Assembly: GCA_965221375.1 (NCBI GenBank)
Contig: OZ244883.1
Coordinates: 1,107,893 to 1,171,892, forward strand
Reading direction: 5' to 3'
Source: an uncultured candidatus Porisulfidus sp.
GTDB taxonomy: Bacteria; Pseudomonadota; Gammaproteobacteria; Poriferisulfidales; Poriferisulfidaceae
Length of the DNA: 64,000 nt
The notes under the pieces are model-generated. The model did not search any database and was not told the origin of the DNA. It saw only the letters and a program-made list of their open reading frames with translations. The translations under genes were made by a program, and so were the position numbers. Positions 38,143-47,768 of the stretch are shown here, one piece after another; within the stretch, counting starts at the first letter, position 1; every line of letters begins with the position of its first letter.

Positions 38143-39117
38143 TTGGCTAGATGCCAAACATCATGCCCCGCTGAACTCAAATTTAATTTTCGGCTGGCAT
38201 TTATGAATATTCCAAGTGATTTGAGTGCCGGCACTAAAGGCGCAATCGCCTCTCGCCACTGGTTTGCCTCCACCGCAGCGGCAAGTTTGCTGCATATATG
38301 CGTCTTGGGGTTACTCTCTTTGACCACTGTCGAGGGAGCCGAAGATCAAGGCGAACAAGGTGTTGAAATTGACTTCGGCATGCTTGGCGACATGGGCGAA
38401 ATGGTGGAAACTTTAGCGCAGAGCCAAGCCGCCGCCGAAGCCTATTCGAAGGTGATGCCCGAAGAAAAAATTGAAGAGCCCATAGACCCGCCTAAAGCAC
38501 CCGAGCCTGTGCCTGAACCGGAAACCGAGACTAAACCCAAAGAAGAAAAAAAGATAGTCAAAAAGGCGGAAGTCGTCCAGCCCGTCATAGAATCGGTTCA
38601 AAAAAAGAAATCCGAAAAAAACATTAGAAAGCCTGTCCCGGAGTTTGTACATAAACCTGCCCCACCATGGCCAAAGACGCATACCCAACCCGCCAAACCG
38701 GTAACCGCACGTCAGAAGCCGGCACAAACACCGAGCCGGCCTGCGATCGATTCGCCTGCCGTAGCGAAAATATCTACCGGACAGGCCCAGGCAAAATCGA
38801 TGGGAGGTAACCCCGGTGCGGAACGCGCCTATCTTGCCTTGCTGGCCGCCAAATTGCGTAGCAAGAAATTTTATCCGCTATCGGCAAGACTCAACAAAGA
38901 TGAAGGGGAAGTAACTCTGCTCCTTACGCTCGGCCGCGATGGGCAGGTCCTGGATGCACGCATCGGCAGAAGCTCCGGGATTTCTGTGCTCGACGAATCT
39001 GTTCTGCAGATGCTGGAGAAAGCCAAACCCCTGCCCCCTTTCCCGTCGAGCATGCAGCAATCAAGATTTACTGTACGTATTCCTGTTTCTTTTAAACTGG
39101 ACCAGTTTTTTAACTAG
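38143..39117 (+). CDS. tonB: TonB energy-transducer
   Basis: 324 aa (or ~304 from MNIPSD at 38203); N-terminal TM with SxxxH (ASLLH), Pro/Glu/Lys-rich spacer (PEPVPEPETETKPKEEKK), C-terminal TonB domain (YPLSARLNKDEGEVTLLLTLGRDGQV). Confidence 0.8.
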   Translation: MARCQTSCPAELKFNFRLAFMNIPSDLSAGTKGAIASRHWFASTAAASLLHICVLGLLSLTTVEGAEDQGEQGVEIDFGMLGDMGEMVETLAQSQAAAEAYSKVMPEEKIEEPIDPPKAPEPVPEPETETKPKEEKKIVKKAEVVQPVIESVQKKKSEKNIRKPVPEFVHKPAPPWPKTHTQPAKPVTARQKPAQTPSRPAIDSPAVAKISTGQAQAKSMGGNPGAERAYLALLAAKLRSKKFYPLSARLNKDEGEVTLLLTLGRDGQVLDARIGRSSGISVLDESVLQMLEKAKPLPPFPSSMQQSRFTVRIPVSFKLDQFFN

Positions 39118-39185
39118 CGGAATCGGGTCCAAGCGATTTGGCGTCAGGTCTCTGGCGGAATCCTACCTTGCCCGTGTCTATGTAA

Positions 39186-40271
39186 CTAGCGCCCTGGTAG
39201 TTGAGGGGGTCTCACAATGTGGGGACGGCGACCTAGCGTGCCGAGAAAAGCTTCGAGGGCCTGAATTTCGCTTTCTTCCAAGTCCAGAGGCCTGATAAGT
39301 GGAGAAAGTTCAGGTTCCTCGGGAACTCTTTTTTTTGAAAACGAGATGCCGCGGTTATACATGCGAAGAATACCCGTGAGATTGTCAAACAATCCGTTAT
39401 GCATCCAAGGCCCGGTAAATGCGAGGTCCCGCAATGAGGGGGTGCGAAATTTGCCGCGGTCGCTCACTTCACCAGTTACGTAAAAGCGGCCCAAATCCTC
39501 AAACCGACGACCGGTATAACTGAGTCCTGTGTGATGAAATTGGCCATCCGAAAACAGCGAGCCATGATGGCAGTTCATGCATCGCGCCTTGGTGCGAAAT
39601 AAATGCAGTCCTTCAATTTCCTGATCTGATAACCGGTCGTATTCCCCTCGGACGAATTGATCAAACGGACTGGTCCGAGACCGAATCGTTCGGATAAATG
39701 CGCTCATTGCTTGAGCGATGCGATCGAGATTAATTTCGGGAGTGCCAAACGCATTTTGAAATTCCGTAGCGTAACCATCAATCTTGGATATCCGCTCGAT
39801 CACGTGATCCAAGTTTGCCTTCATCTCAATAGAACTTGCAATCGGTATGGGAATCAATGACAGCAGGTCGTCCGCCCGCCCGTCCCAAAAGAGCTTGTCG
39901 AAATACGCCACATTCAGGAGCGTCATCGTATTGCGGCGTCCGGAGAGGCGATCGTGTCCGAAAGCCACTTCTCGGCCATCAGTCCAGCCAAGTTGTGATT
40001 CGTGGCAGTTCGCACAAGCAATCTGTTGGGAGCCCGACAAGCGTGGGTCAAAAAACAGGATTCTGCCAAGTCGCTCAATTTCTTTAGTCTGCCACGAGAC
40101 TTTAGCTGGGGGTTGAAGTTCTCCCAACTCGACAGCATGGACCCCCGCATCTACTTCAAAAGGAGGCCATGCCTCGACACCTTGTCGATACTGATCTACC
40201 AGACCTGCCGAAAGCCCAGTGCAGGCCGATAGGCATACATGAAACAAAATCAGTTTATGTACAAATTTCAT
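39186..40271 (-). CDS. di-haem cytochrome c peroxidase family lipoprotein (CCP/MauG/MbnH family)
   Basis: 361 aa; lipoprotein signal ...CLSAC, two CxxCH haem sites (CANCHE, CMNCHHG), conserved PSLRD and W/M residues of bacterial CCPs. Confidence 0.85.
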   Translation of the reverse strand: MKFVHKLILFHVCLSACTGLSAGLVDQYRQGVEAWPPFEVDAGVHAVELGELQPPAKVSWQTKEIERLGRILFFDPRLSGSQQIACANCHESQLGWTDGREVAFGHDRLSGRRNTMTLLNVAYFDKLFWDGRADDLLSLIPIPIASSIEMKANLDHVIERISKIDGYATEFQNAFGTPEINLDRIAQAMSAFIRTIRSRTSPFDQFVRGEYDRLSDQEIEGLHLFRTKARCMNCHHGSLFSDGQFHHTGLSYTGRRFEDLGRFYVTGEVSDRGKFRTPSLRDLAFTGPWMHNGLFDNLTGILRMYNRGISFSKKRVPEEPELSPLIRPLDLEESEIQALEAFLGTLGRRPHIVRPPQLPGR

Positions 40272-40411
40272 GATTGTCCGCAGTTCCTGCGCTGCTTACT
40301 CGCGTAACACCTCGCTACTCCATGCACATCTTTATTTTACTTTCAAACGTATGAAAGCGTCTCGACCGCCTCAACTGTACCTGCAAAACCCCCATAGAAA
40401 AGAACCGCACA

Positions 40412-40834
40412 TCAACTTTCTTCCGGCCTGCTGAATAAAGTAACTTTAGAAATTTGAAGCTGGCGCAGAATCTCGAACAATCGGTCCAGATTTTTAGCCT
40501 TAACCTCTTTATCTGCTTTCACGATGACCCCTTCTGAACCTGCATTTGTTGCTCCCAAAATATCCGCATCCAAAGATTCGTACGTGACAGGCTTGCCATT
40601 GATACTGAGTGAATTATCTGTTTCCAGAATCAGCACAACCGGAGCATGTACTAATGGTTTTTTACTACTTGAAACCGGAGGATCAATATTACGTCCTCGA
40701 GGATCCGTAATCTGCCCAGCAATCATATAAAACACCAGCATCAAAAACACGATGTTGACAAGTGGAATCATGTTATCGTCACCACCACGTTTAGAACGTG
40801 GCGTATATAACTCGTTCGAAAACATACCGCCCAC
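40412..40834 (-). CDS. exbD: ExbD/TolR-family biopolymer transport protein
   Basis: 140 aa; N-terminal MIPLVNIVFLMLVFYMI TM, periplasmic ExbD domain. Confidence 0.8.
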   Translation of the reverse strand: MGGMFSNELYTPRSKRGGDDNMIPLVNIVFLMLVFYMIAGQITDPRGRNIDPPVSSSKKPLVHAPVVLILETDNSLSINGKPVTYESLDADILGATNAGSEGVIVKADKEVKAKNLDRLFEILRQLQISKVTLFSRPEES

Positions 40835-40841
40835 AATGAAC

Positions 40842-41264
40842 TTATTCAGTTTTTTCAGAGAATGAGTTCCCCAAGGTCACATGTTTGAGACCAATCCTCT
40901 TGAGACTTTCAATGGCGGAGAGGATGGTTTGCAGATTTGCATTTTCTTCCGGCAAGACGACATGGGACTTTTCGAATTCGAACTCAAAAATGCTTGGGTC
41001 TGTGAGTTCTTTGTAGTGCGCAACTGAAAAAGTGCTGTCGTGGAACCTCAGGCCACCCACTTCATCCAGCCACACAATTTGCGGCAACTGAACATCCTCA
41101 CTAAAACTTGAAGTCGGAGAATGAAGGTCTACTGCCCGCCATTGAGTAAACGTAAAGGACAGCATGAAAAACAGCAATAATATGAATACTACGTCAATTA
41201 GCGCGGTTAAACTGATTGTGTGACGCCTTGCGCGATAAAGCGGCTCCGCATTCATAGATGCCAT
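40842..41264 (-). CDS. exbD: ExbD/TolR-family biopolymer transport protein (second paralogue)
   Basis: 140 aa; LTALIDVVFILLLFFML TM segment; tandem ExbD as in ExbB-ExbD1-ExbD2 systems. Confidence 0.78.
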   Translation of the reverse strand: MASMNAEPLYRARRHTISLTALIDVVFILLLFFMLSFTFTQWRAVDLHSPTSSFSEDVQLPQIVWLDEVGGLRFHDSTFSVAHYKELTDPSIFEFEFEKSHVVLPEENANLQTILSAIESLKRIGLKHVTLGNSFSEKTE

Positions 41265-41279
41265 CTCAAATCACGTCAC

Positions 41280-41948
41280 TTACTGCCCATTGGCTCTTGC
41301 CTGGATCGTAAACAGGCGTTCCAAATCATCTTGTATCCCCGCAGCATACCGCTCAACCCGGCGCTCAAACCAACTATGAGCCAGCGCAACCGGGATGGCG
41401 ACTGCCAAACCCACCGCCGTCGTCAACAGAGCCTTCCATATCCCTCCGGAGAGTACTGCAGGATTAACTTGCGAACCGGCTGCCTCCATAGCCTGAAAAG
41501 CCTCAATCATGCCCAGAACCGTGCCAAATAACCCCAAAAGCGGGGATAAAGTGAAAATCACTTCGAGCGGACGCAGATAATTCCCTAATTTCCGAATCAC
41601 CGTTTTAGCAACGCGCATGGACTCCGCTCTTACTTCGTCCAAGGAAAGATTCGAATTTTCAAAAAGCTTCAAAGTTTCATATGAAATATACGCGCGCGGG
41701 TCCTTTTGCCCCTGCAGCAGTAACATCGCCTGTGGTCTGTCTCCACTTTCAATAAGGTCGAGGGCTTGAGTGCTATCCGTCTTCGAAGTTTGCCTTATCG
41801 AAAAAAATTGCCAAAATTTGACCAGACTGATAGTAAGGGCAACTACTGAAAAACAACCTAATAGCCAAACAACGGGTCCCCCGAGAACCAAAAATTTACT
41901 AAGGTTTTCAAACATGACATGCATGTAAGCCATAATGAAACTTGCCAA
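41280..41948 (-). CDS. exbB: ExbB/TolQ/MotA-family proton-channel protein
   Basis: 222 aa; three TM segments, LSPLLGLFGTVLGMIEAF signature. Confidence 0.82.
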   Translation of the reverse strand: MASFIMAYMHVMFENLSKFLVLGGPVVWLLGCFSVVALTISLVKFWQFFSIRQTSKTDSTQALDLIESGDRPQAMLLLQGQKDPRAYISYETLKLFENSNLSLDEVRAESMRVAKTVIRKLGNYLRPLEVIFTLSPLLGLFGTVLGMIEAFQAMEAAGSQVNPAVLSGGIWKALLTTAVGLAVAIPVALAHSWFERRVERYAAGIQDDLERLFTIQARANGQ

Positions 41949-42174
41949 ATGCGGGTTTGTCTAAGAAAAAATAGGAATTATTTAACTAAAAGAACGAGAA
42001 TAGCTCTTTTCAGTACAAGTATTATAGATTGCGTTTCGCCAGATCCGTGGAATGCCGATGAAGATACTGCTTCTTTTCTCTAGTTTCCGGGATAGAGAGG
42101 CTTACATTTTCTCCGAAATTATTAAAATACGCAATAACGCCAATTCCTCACGTCTCTATAAGAAACCTCGCGCT

Positions 42175-42498
42175 ATGACTTTTGTTGTGACCGAAGACTG
42201 CATCAAATGCAAATACACCGATTGTGTAGAAGTCTGCCCGGTCGAATGCTTCCATGAAGGCCCGAATTTTCTCGTCATAGACCCGGAGGAATGCATTGAC
42301 TGTGCACTGTGTGTGCCGGAATGTCCGATTGATGCGATTGTGCCGGAGAAAGACTTGCCTGAAAATCAAAAAGACTTCCTTGAACTGAATGCCAACCTCT
42401 CAAAAGAATGGCCGGTGATCGCTCTGCAGAAGCCTCCCCCTCCCGATGCGGACGAGTGGCGCAACATACCAAATAAAAGAGACTTGCTTGAGGCTTGA
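42175..42498 (+). CDS. fdxA: 7Fe ferredoxin (Azotobacter FdxA-type)
   Basis: 107 aa from ATG 42175: [51 protein letters not shown], i.e. CxxCxxxC...CP and CxxCxxCxxxCP. The ORF-track N-terminal 41 aa (from 42052) do not look like coding sequence. Confidence 0.85.
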   Translation: MTFVVTEDCIKCKYTDCVEVCPVECFHEGPNFLVIDPEECIDCALCVPECPIDAIVPEKDLPENQKDFLELNANLSKEWPVIALQKPPPPDADEWRNIPNKRDLLEA

Positions 42499-45357
42499 GT
42501 GAAACTGCTCATATGCCCCACGCACCAATTACTGAGTGCTTATTGCGCGGAAACGATTATTAACCGGCATGCCGAACTGCTGCCGGACCTGACTCGATTA
42601 ACGCTGCTCACTCCAAATGCAACCTCGGCTGTTGCTTTTCGACGGGCCTTACTTCTCGAAGCTCAAAAAAGAGACTTTACCGGGTTGATATTGCCCGATA
42701 TTCAGCCTCTGCGCACTTGGGTCCAAACGAGTCAAGACGCCCCCAAAGCTGAAAGCTCTTTGTCCGAACTGTTGGATTTGTGGCAGGCGTTGCGCACTTC
42801 TCCACATGTGCTCAACCAGTCTAATCCTTGGGCCACCGCTCGCGAACTACTCACACTGTTCGAAGGCCTTTGGCTAAGCGACGATTATTTTCTGCAGGAT
42901 GAGGACCAGATGACAGCTCGGTTGCAGCAAGCCTATGGCATTCCTGACAGCTCCTCTGTAAAGTTCCGAAATGAAACCCATGTTGTCCACAATCTGTGGC
43001 GGGCCTGGGAAGCTGGATCAAAAGAACTGCTAAGTTCCAGTCAGCAATATCGTGAAGCCCTTCGAAAGGTCCCGGAAGCAGTAGAGACGGAAGCTTTATA
43101 CCTGTGCGGCTATGAACGATTGATGCCTGCGGAAATACAAGCGCTGCAGCAAATAAGCCGAAACATACCCGTGACCTGTCTGACGCGACCGCGTCATTAC
43201 ATTCGATCAGATCTGCCTGTGGAGGAAATTTCTGCGGCCCCTTCGCCGTATGCGTATGCCCTTGAGCAGGCATTTAATCTTGGTAGCGAGGAAAATTTGA
43301 GAAAGCGGGCACAGGCCTGCCGAAAAATCTACCCTCAAAGCCCTCTCTCCGGTCGATTGCATTTTTTTGCCGCTGAGCAAGCCGAGCCTCATGCCAGTGC
43401 AATTACACTCCAAATCCGCCGCTGGATTCACGAAAAGAGGCAAAACATCGGGCTTGTAACCGAAGACCGAAAACTGGCACGCCGGATACGTGCTCTTTTG
43501 GAACGCCACGACATTTACGTCAATGATTTTGCGGGTTGGGCTCTGTCGACCACGAGTGTCGCCGGTGTCATCGTGCATTGGCTGGATTGCCTTGATCAAG
43601 ATTTTTACTATCGCGTGATGCTCGATGTATTGAAATCACCATTTGTGAAATTCAAGAATATTAAGCCCCATCATCTAAAACAGGTCAAAGAACTGGAAAC
43701 GCTGCTGCACAGAAACCACACCTCCCAAGGTTGGGCGCATTATGAATGTCTGGCAACTCAAAAACCGGAACTGCAGAATTTATTGCGTGCGGTAAACCAA
43801 GCTGCCGAGCCTTTAACAACCCTTCGATCAAACCCCACCGGGCCCGAATACATCACTGCCCTACTCAAAAGCCTTGACCGGCTGGGTTGCATCGCGAGTT
43901 TTTCTGATGACGAGGCGGGTCGTCAAGTTTTGGAGAAGCTTGAAGCCATTCGTTTTCAGTTAACCGACAACACCGCAAATTTGCCCAAACATCAGTGGCG
44001 TTCAATTATTTGCCATTTCCTGGAAAACCAGGATTTCCGGCCTGAAACTTCACAGCCTGGCGTGTCTTTGATTAATCTCAATCAATCCCATATGGCTCAA
44101 TTCGATTATTTGATTGTTGCCGGTATGGATGCTCGGCATTATCCTCACACTTCTTCATCTTTCATTTTTAACGACACCGTCCGGAAAGATTTGGGCTTGC
44201 CAACTGAAGCTGAACAGCGGGAACTGGATTTGCAGCGCTTTTCAGCCTTGCTGATGTCCACCGAAAAAGTGTTGATGACATATCAGAAAAACGAGGAGGA
44301 CGAGCCTTTGCTGCCAAGCACCTGGTGGACTCAAATAAAGGTTTTCAACAAACTTGCTTACAAGAAACCGCTGGACGATCAATGGCTTCCCTCCATGCTC
44401 TCCTGGCAAACAAATGAATCTCTCTACCCACCCCAGAAAGCCCCTCGCCCTGATTCCGTCCAATCCATGCCGCAGCCTGCAGCATGTGCGGACTTGCTCC
44501 CCGAAAAAATATCAGCGAGGGCTCACCAGGACCTAATCCACTGCCCTTATCGTTTTTATGTGCATTACATGCTGGATATTCGAAAGATTGACACGATCCG
44601 TGAAGAAATGAATCCCGCAGATTTTGGCAACTTTGTCCATAGATGTCTTGAAGCTTTTCACAAGGATGTTCCAGGCCTTCCCGGACCTTGGGAAAAGCCT
44701 ATCACCGGGAATGAAGGTGATGCGCTGGATACGCTGGAAAAAATTGGTCGGCACAGTATCGAACGCCATGATGACAACCTTCCCCGAAAAGTTTTTTTGG
44801 AACGCTGGAGACAAATTTCACGACGTTATCTGGAAATGCAGAAAAATATCGAAACCGAAAGAAGTATTGTTGAAGTTGAAAATAAATCCGAGCGTGACCT
44901 TGGGGGCCTCACTCTGCATGGGCGCATTGATCGCATCGACCAGACTCGGAATTCAAACAAAATTGTGATCGACTACAAGACCGGAAGTACTCCCATTAAA
45001 AATCCAGAAATACAAGCGGGAGAAGACGTTCAGTTAATCAGCTATACCTTGATACACGATGCGATTGATCAAGTCGAATATTGGTGGCTCAATTCCAGCA
45101 ACACGTACACATCTCATGAACGCACTACCCTATCGAACAAAACATTGCTCGATGTGCGCAACAAAGTTTGCGACCGGCTGTTAAGCCTCTACCAGCGCCT
45201 GCAGGAAAACGCGAGTCTCCCGGCGAACGGCAGTCAAGAAGCATGTAAGTATTGCGATGCGAAAGGCATTTGCCGAAAAGATGTCTGGCAAGATCAAGAC
45301 CAGACAATAAAGCAAGCAGGAATAACTATTGAGACGAAGACGGCAACTCTTCCATGA
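42499..45357 (+). CDS. AddB-like PD-(D/E)XK nuclease with Fe-S 'iron staple', N-terminal inactivated-helicase-like region
   Basis: 952 aa starting with GTG directly after the fdxA stop (TGA GTG). No Walker A seen. C-terminal RecB-type nuclease motifs (GRIDRID...IVIDYKTG) flanked by Cys before (HCPYRFY) and CxxCxxxxxC after (CKYCDAKGIC), the AddB four-Cys arrangement. No AddA/UvrD-like partner in the window. Confidence 0.65.
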   Translation: MKLLICPTHQLLSAYCAETIINRHAELLPDLTRLTLLTPNATSAVAFRRALLLEAQKRDFTGLILPDIQPLRTWVQTSQDAPKAESSLSELLDLWQALRTSPHVLNQSNPWATARELLTLFEGLWLSDDYFLQDEDQMTARLQQAYGIPDSSSVKFRNETHVVHNLWRAWEAGSKELLSSSQQYREALRKVPEAVETEALYLCGYERLMPAEIQALQQISRNIPVTCLTRPRHYIRSDLPVEEISAAPSPYAYALEQAFNLGSEENLRKRAQACRKIYPQSPLSGRLHFFAAEQAEPHASAITLQIRRWIHEKRQNIGLVTEDRKLARRIRALLERHDIYVNDFAGWALSTTSVAGVIVHWLDCLDQDFYYRVMLDVLKSPFVKFKNIKPHHLKQVKELETLLHRNHTSQGWAHYECLATQKPELQNLLRAVNQAAEPLTTLRSNPTGPEYITALLKSLDRLGCIASFSDDEAGRQVLEKLEAIRFQLTDNTANLPKHQWRSIICHFLENQDFRPETSQPGVSLINLNQSHMAQFDYLIVAGMDARHYPHTSSSFIFNDTVRKDLGLPTEAEQRELDLQRFSALLMSTEKVLMTYQKNEEDEPLLPSTWWTQIKVFNKLAYKKPLDDQWLPSMLSWQTNESLYPPQKAPRPDSVQSMPQPAACADLLPEKISARAHQDLIHCPYRFYVHYMLDIRKIDTIREEMNPADFGNFVHRCLEAFHKDVPGLPGPWEKPITGNEGDALDTLEKIGRHSIERHDDNLPRKVFLERWRQISRRYLEMQKNIETERSIVEVENKSERDLGGLTLHGRIDRIDQTRNSNKIVIDYKTGSTPIKNPEIQAGEDVQLISYTLIHDAIDQVEYWWLNSSNTYTSHERTTLSNKTLLDVRNKVCDRLLSLYQRLQENASLPANGSQEACKYCDAKGICRKDVWQDQDQTIKQAGITIETKTATLP

Positions 45358-46009
45358 CTTCACACAAAAACATAAGGTCCGCAAACGATTGAGCCTTGTT
45401 GCGAGGACTTCGAATCAAATAAGCCGGGTGGTAGGTCGGAACCACGAAAATATTTGAGTCCGGCAAAGCGTGAGCTTGGCCACGTAATTTCCCGATCGGT
45501 GTTTGCACATCCAGAAGATTTTGGGCGGCGATGGCGCCGAGCGCCAAAATAACTTTCGGTTTGATCAGTTCGATTTGCTGGTTGAGGTGCTTACGGCATT
45601 GATGGGCTTGTTCGGGTGTAGGGTTTGCATTATGGGGAGGACGGCATTTCAAAATATTCGCGATATAAACCTGCTCCCGCTTCAAACCGATGGCTTTGAG
45701 CATGCTGTTGAGCAGTTGGCCGGCTCGTCCTACAAACGGTTCACCTTGAGCATCTTCATCGGCTCCAGGTGCTTCACCCACCAGCATCAACTGGGCATTT
45801 TGATCCCCTACTCCGAATACCGTGTTTTTCCGCTCCCTATGCAGTTCGCAGTCCACACAAGACTCTACTTCCCTCTGCAGTTTGCGCCAGTGTCGCAACG
45901 GCAGCATTTCGGGGTCCAGGGTCAGCGTGGACGACCCGCGACGTTTCCATCGATTGAGTTCCAATTCGCGCAAGTGCGCATCCGTCGGAGCGCGTTGAGG
46001 CTCTGGCAT
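45326..46009 (-). CDS. family-4 uracil-DNA glycosylase (4Fe-4S type)
   Basis: 227 aa; CVDCELH...VFGVGDQNAQLMLVGEAPGADEDAQGEPFVGRAGQLL...HPAYLIR, signature of UdgA-type UDGs. The N-terminal ~35 aa may be an extension. Convergent 32-nt overlap with the AddB-like gene. Confidence 0.85.
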   Translation of the reverse strand: MPEPQRAPTDAHLRELELNRWKRRGSSTLTLDPEMLPLRHWRKLQREVESCVDCELHRERKNTVFGVGDQNAQLMLVGEAPGADEDAQGEPFVGRAGQLLNSMLKAIGLKREQVYIANILKCRPPHNANPTPEQAHQCRKHLNQQIELIKPKVILALGAIAAQNLLDVQTPIGKLRGQAHALPDSNIFVVPTYHPAYLIRSPRNKAQSFADLMFLCEVMEELPSSSQ

Positions 46010-46017
46010 ACTACGAT

Positions 46018-47556
46018 TTATATGTGATCCAATTGCGGATGAGTCCGTTCGGCAGCACGCGCCAATTTCCTGATCGCATTCAGGTAGGATTGCGCTGAAG
46101 CAATCACGATATCGGTATGTGCGCCGTTTCCATTGACAACGGCGCCATCTTTCTGAAGACGAACGGTGACCTCGCCCTGCGCATCGGTTCCAGTCGTAAT
46201 GTTATTGACCGAATAAAGCAGCAACTCGGATTCGGAATGCACCACATCCTCAATCGCTTTGAATGAGGCGTCCACGGGGCCTCCTCCGGATGCCTCACCA
46301 TGGTACTGCTGGCCATTTTTCTCCAGCACAATGTGGGCCACGGCTGTCTTTCCTACTTTTGAGGTGACCTCCAAATCCACCAAATAGTAGAGATCCTGGT
46401 CCGGAGCGTCGACTCCCTGTCTGGCCAAACTGCGCAGATCTTCATCAAAGATCTGATGCTTTCGATCTGCCAGTTCTTTGAAATCGGCAAAGAACTGGTC
46501 CAATTCACCTTCGTTGATGTGGATATCCAATTTTTGGATATGATCCATAATCGCTCGGCGTCCGGAATGTTTCCCCAACACGATGCGGTTGGCGGACCAA
46601 CCCACATCCTGCGCACGCATGATTTCGTAGGTTTCACGAGATTTTAAGACACCGTCCTGATGAATGCCGGATTCATGGGCAAACGCATTGGCCCCCACGA
46701 TTGCTTTATTGGGCTGCACCGGAAATCCCGTCACACTCGCCACGAGACGCGATGTCGGCACGATTTGTGTCGCATCAATGGTCGTATTACATGCAAATGT
46801 ATCCTGGCGCGTACGCACTGCCATGACGATTTCTTCTAGCGCGGCATTCCCTGCACGTTCCCCCAAACCGTTGATGGTACATTCCACCTGGCGTGCGCCG
46901 TGCTGCACTGCGGCCAGTGAATTCGCAACCGCCAACCCCAAGTCATTGTGGCAATGCACTGAAAAAACGGCCTGATCGGAATTGGGCACACGCTCAATCA
47001 GTTGCCCGATGCGCTCGCCGAATTGAAACGGCAAACTGTAGCCGACCGTATCCGGCACATTAATCGTCCGTGCGCCTGCGGCGATGACCGCTTCAATGAC
47101 ACGGCACAAAAAATCGATATCCGAACGTCCGGCGTCTTCCGGCGAAAATTCCACATCATCGGTATAGCGCTGTGCACGTTTTACCGCGGCCACCGCGTGC
47201 TCAATGACTTCATCCGGCTGCATTCGCAGTTTTTGCTCCATATGAATCGGTGACGTTGCGATAAACGTATGAATACGACCACGAGCCGCAGTTTTAATCG
47301 CCTCACCGGCTCGATCGATATCCTTGTCAAGAGCGCGAGCCAACCCGCACACGGTGCTATCCGTGATTACTTTGCCAATCTCTCGCACGGATTCAAACTC
47401 GTCGGGGCTGGCGATAGGAAACCCTGCCTCGATAACATCCACACGCATCTTCTCCAACGCGCGGGCAATATTCATTTTCTCCTCGCGCGTCATTGACGCA
47501 CCGGGGCTTTGCTCACCGTCACGAAGCGTCGTGTCAAAAATAATTAACTTGTCCAT
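46018..47556 (-). CDS. leuA: 2-isopropylmalate synthase
   Basis: 512 aa; [23 protein letters not shown], HxH metal site ([13 protein letters not shown]), C-terminal LeuA regulatory domain. Confidence 0.93.
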   Translation of the reverse strand: MDKLIIFDTTLRDGEQSPGASMTREEKMNIARALEKMRVDVIEAGFPIASPDEFESVREIGKVITDSTVCGLARALDKDIDRAGEAIKTAARGRIHTFIATSPIHMEQKLRMQPDEVIEHAVAAVKRAQRYTDDVEFSPEDAGRSDIDFLCRVIEAVIAAGARTINVPDTVGYSLPFQFGERIGQLIERVPNSDQAVFSVHCHNDLGLAVANSLAAVQHGARQVECTINGLGERAGNAALEEIVMAVRTRQDTFACNTTIDATQIVPTSRLVASVTGFPVQPNKAIVGANAFAHESGIHQDGVLKSRETYEIMRAQDVGWSANRIVLGKHSGRRAIMDHIQKLDIHINEGELDQFFADFKELADRKHQIFDEDLRSLARQGVDAPDQDLYYLVDLEVTSKVGKTAVAHIVLEKNGQQYHGEASGGGPVDASFKAIEDVVHSESELLLYSVNNITTGTDAQGEVTVRLQKDGAVVNGNGAHTDIVIASAQSYLNAIRKLARAAERTHPQLDHI

Positions 47557-47663
47557 GTTCGTCTCAAATCAAACCGCGCATTCTTGTCGTAGAGCGCAGC
47601 GTTAATGTCTGTTGATTGGGCGTCTAGGTGCGCCAGCCCTTGGTGTATGAATAAGTGAATCTT

Positions 47664-47768
47664 TTATGCCGCTAGCCGCGGCAGGAGAAGTTCAGCCAGG
47701 GTAAAGGATAGCGCCACGGTTCGGGGTGTCGCCGTCGTAGAGTTCAAAAAAGTGTTCCTGAATTGCAT
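47664..47768 (-). promoter_or_regulatory. candidate leucine-rich leader peptide ORF in the leuA 5' region (34 codons, 7 Leu including CTT-CTC-CTG run)
   Basis: Hand translation of the minus strand: MQFRNTFLNSTTATPRTVALSFTLAELLLPRLAA*, ending 107 nt upstream of the leuA ATG. No convincing terminator hairpin found downstream. Confidence 0.3.

Noticed and set aside
42052-42174. N-terminal 41-aa extension of the ferredoxin ORF in the track
   Set aside because: AT-rich, no ferredoxin similarity; the canonical FdxA N-terminus MTFVV starts at 42175.
34067-45360. Looked for integrase, transposase or attR repeat to define a tmRNA-borne island
   Set aside because: None found by eye; the island call is left as a hypothesis based only on composition and position.
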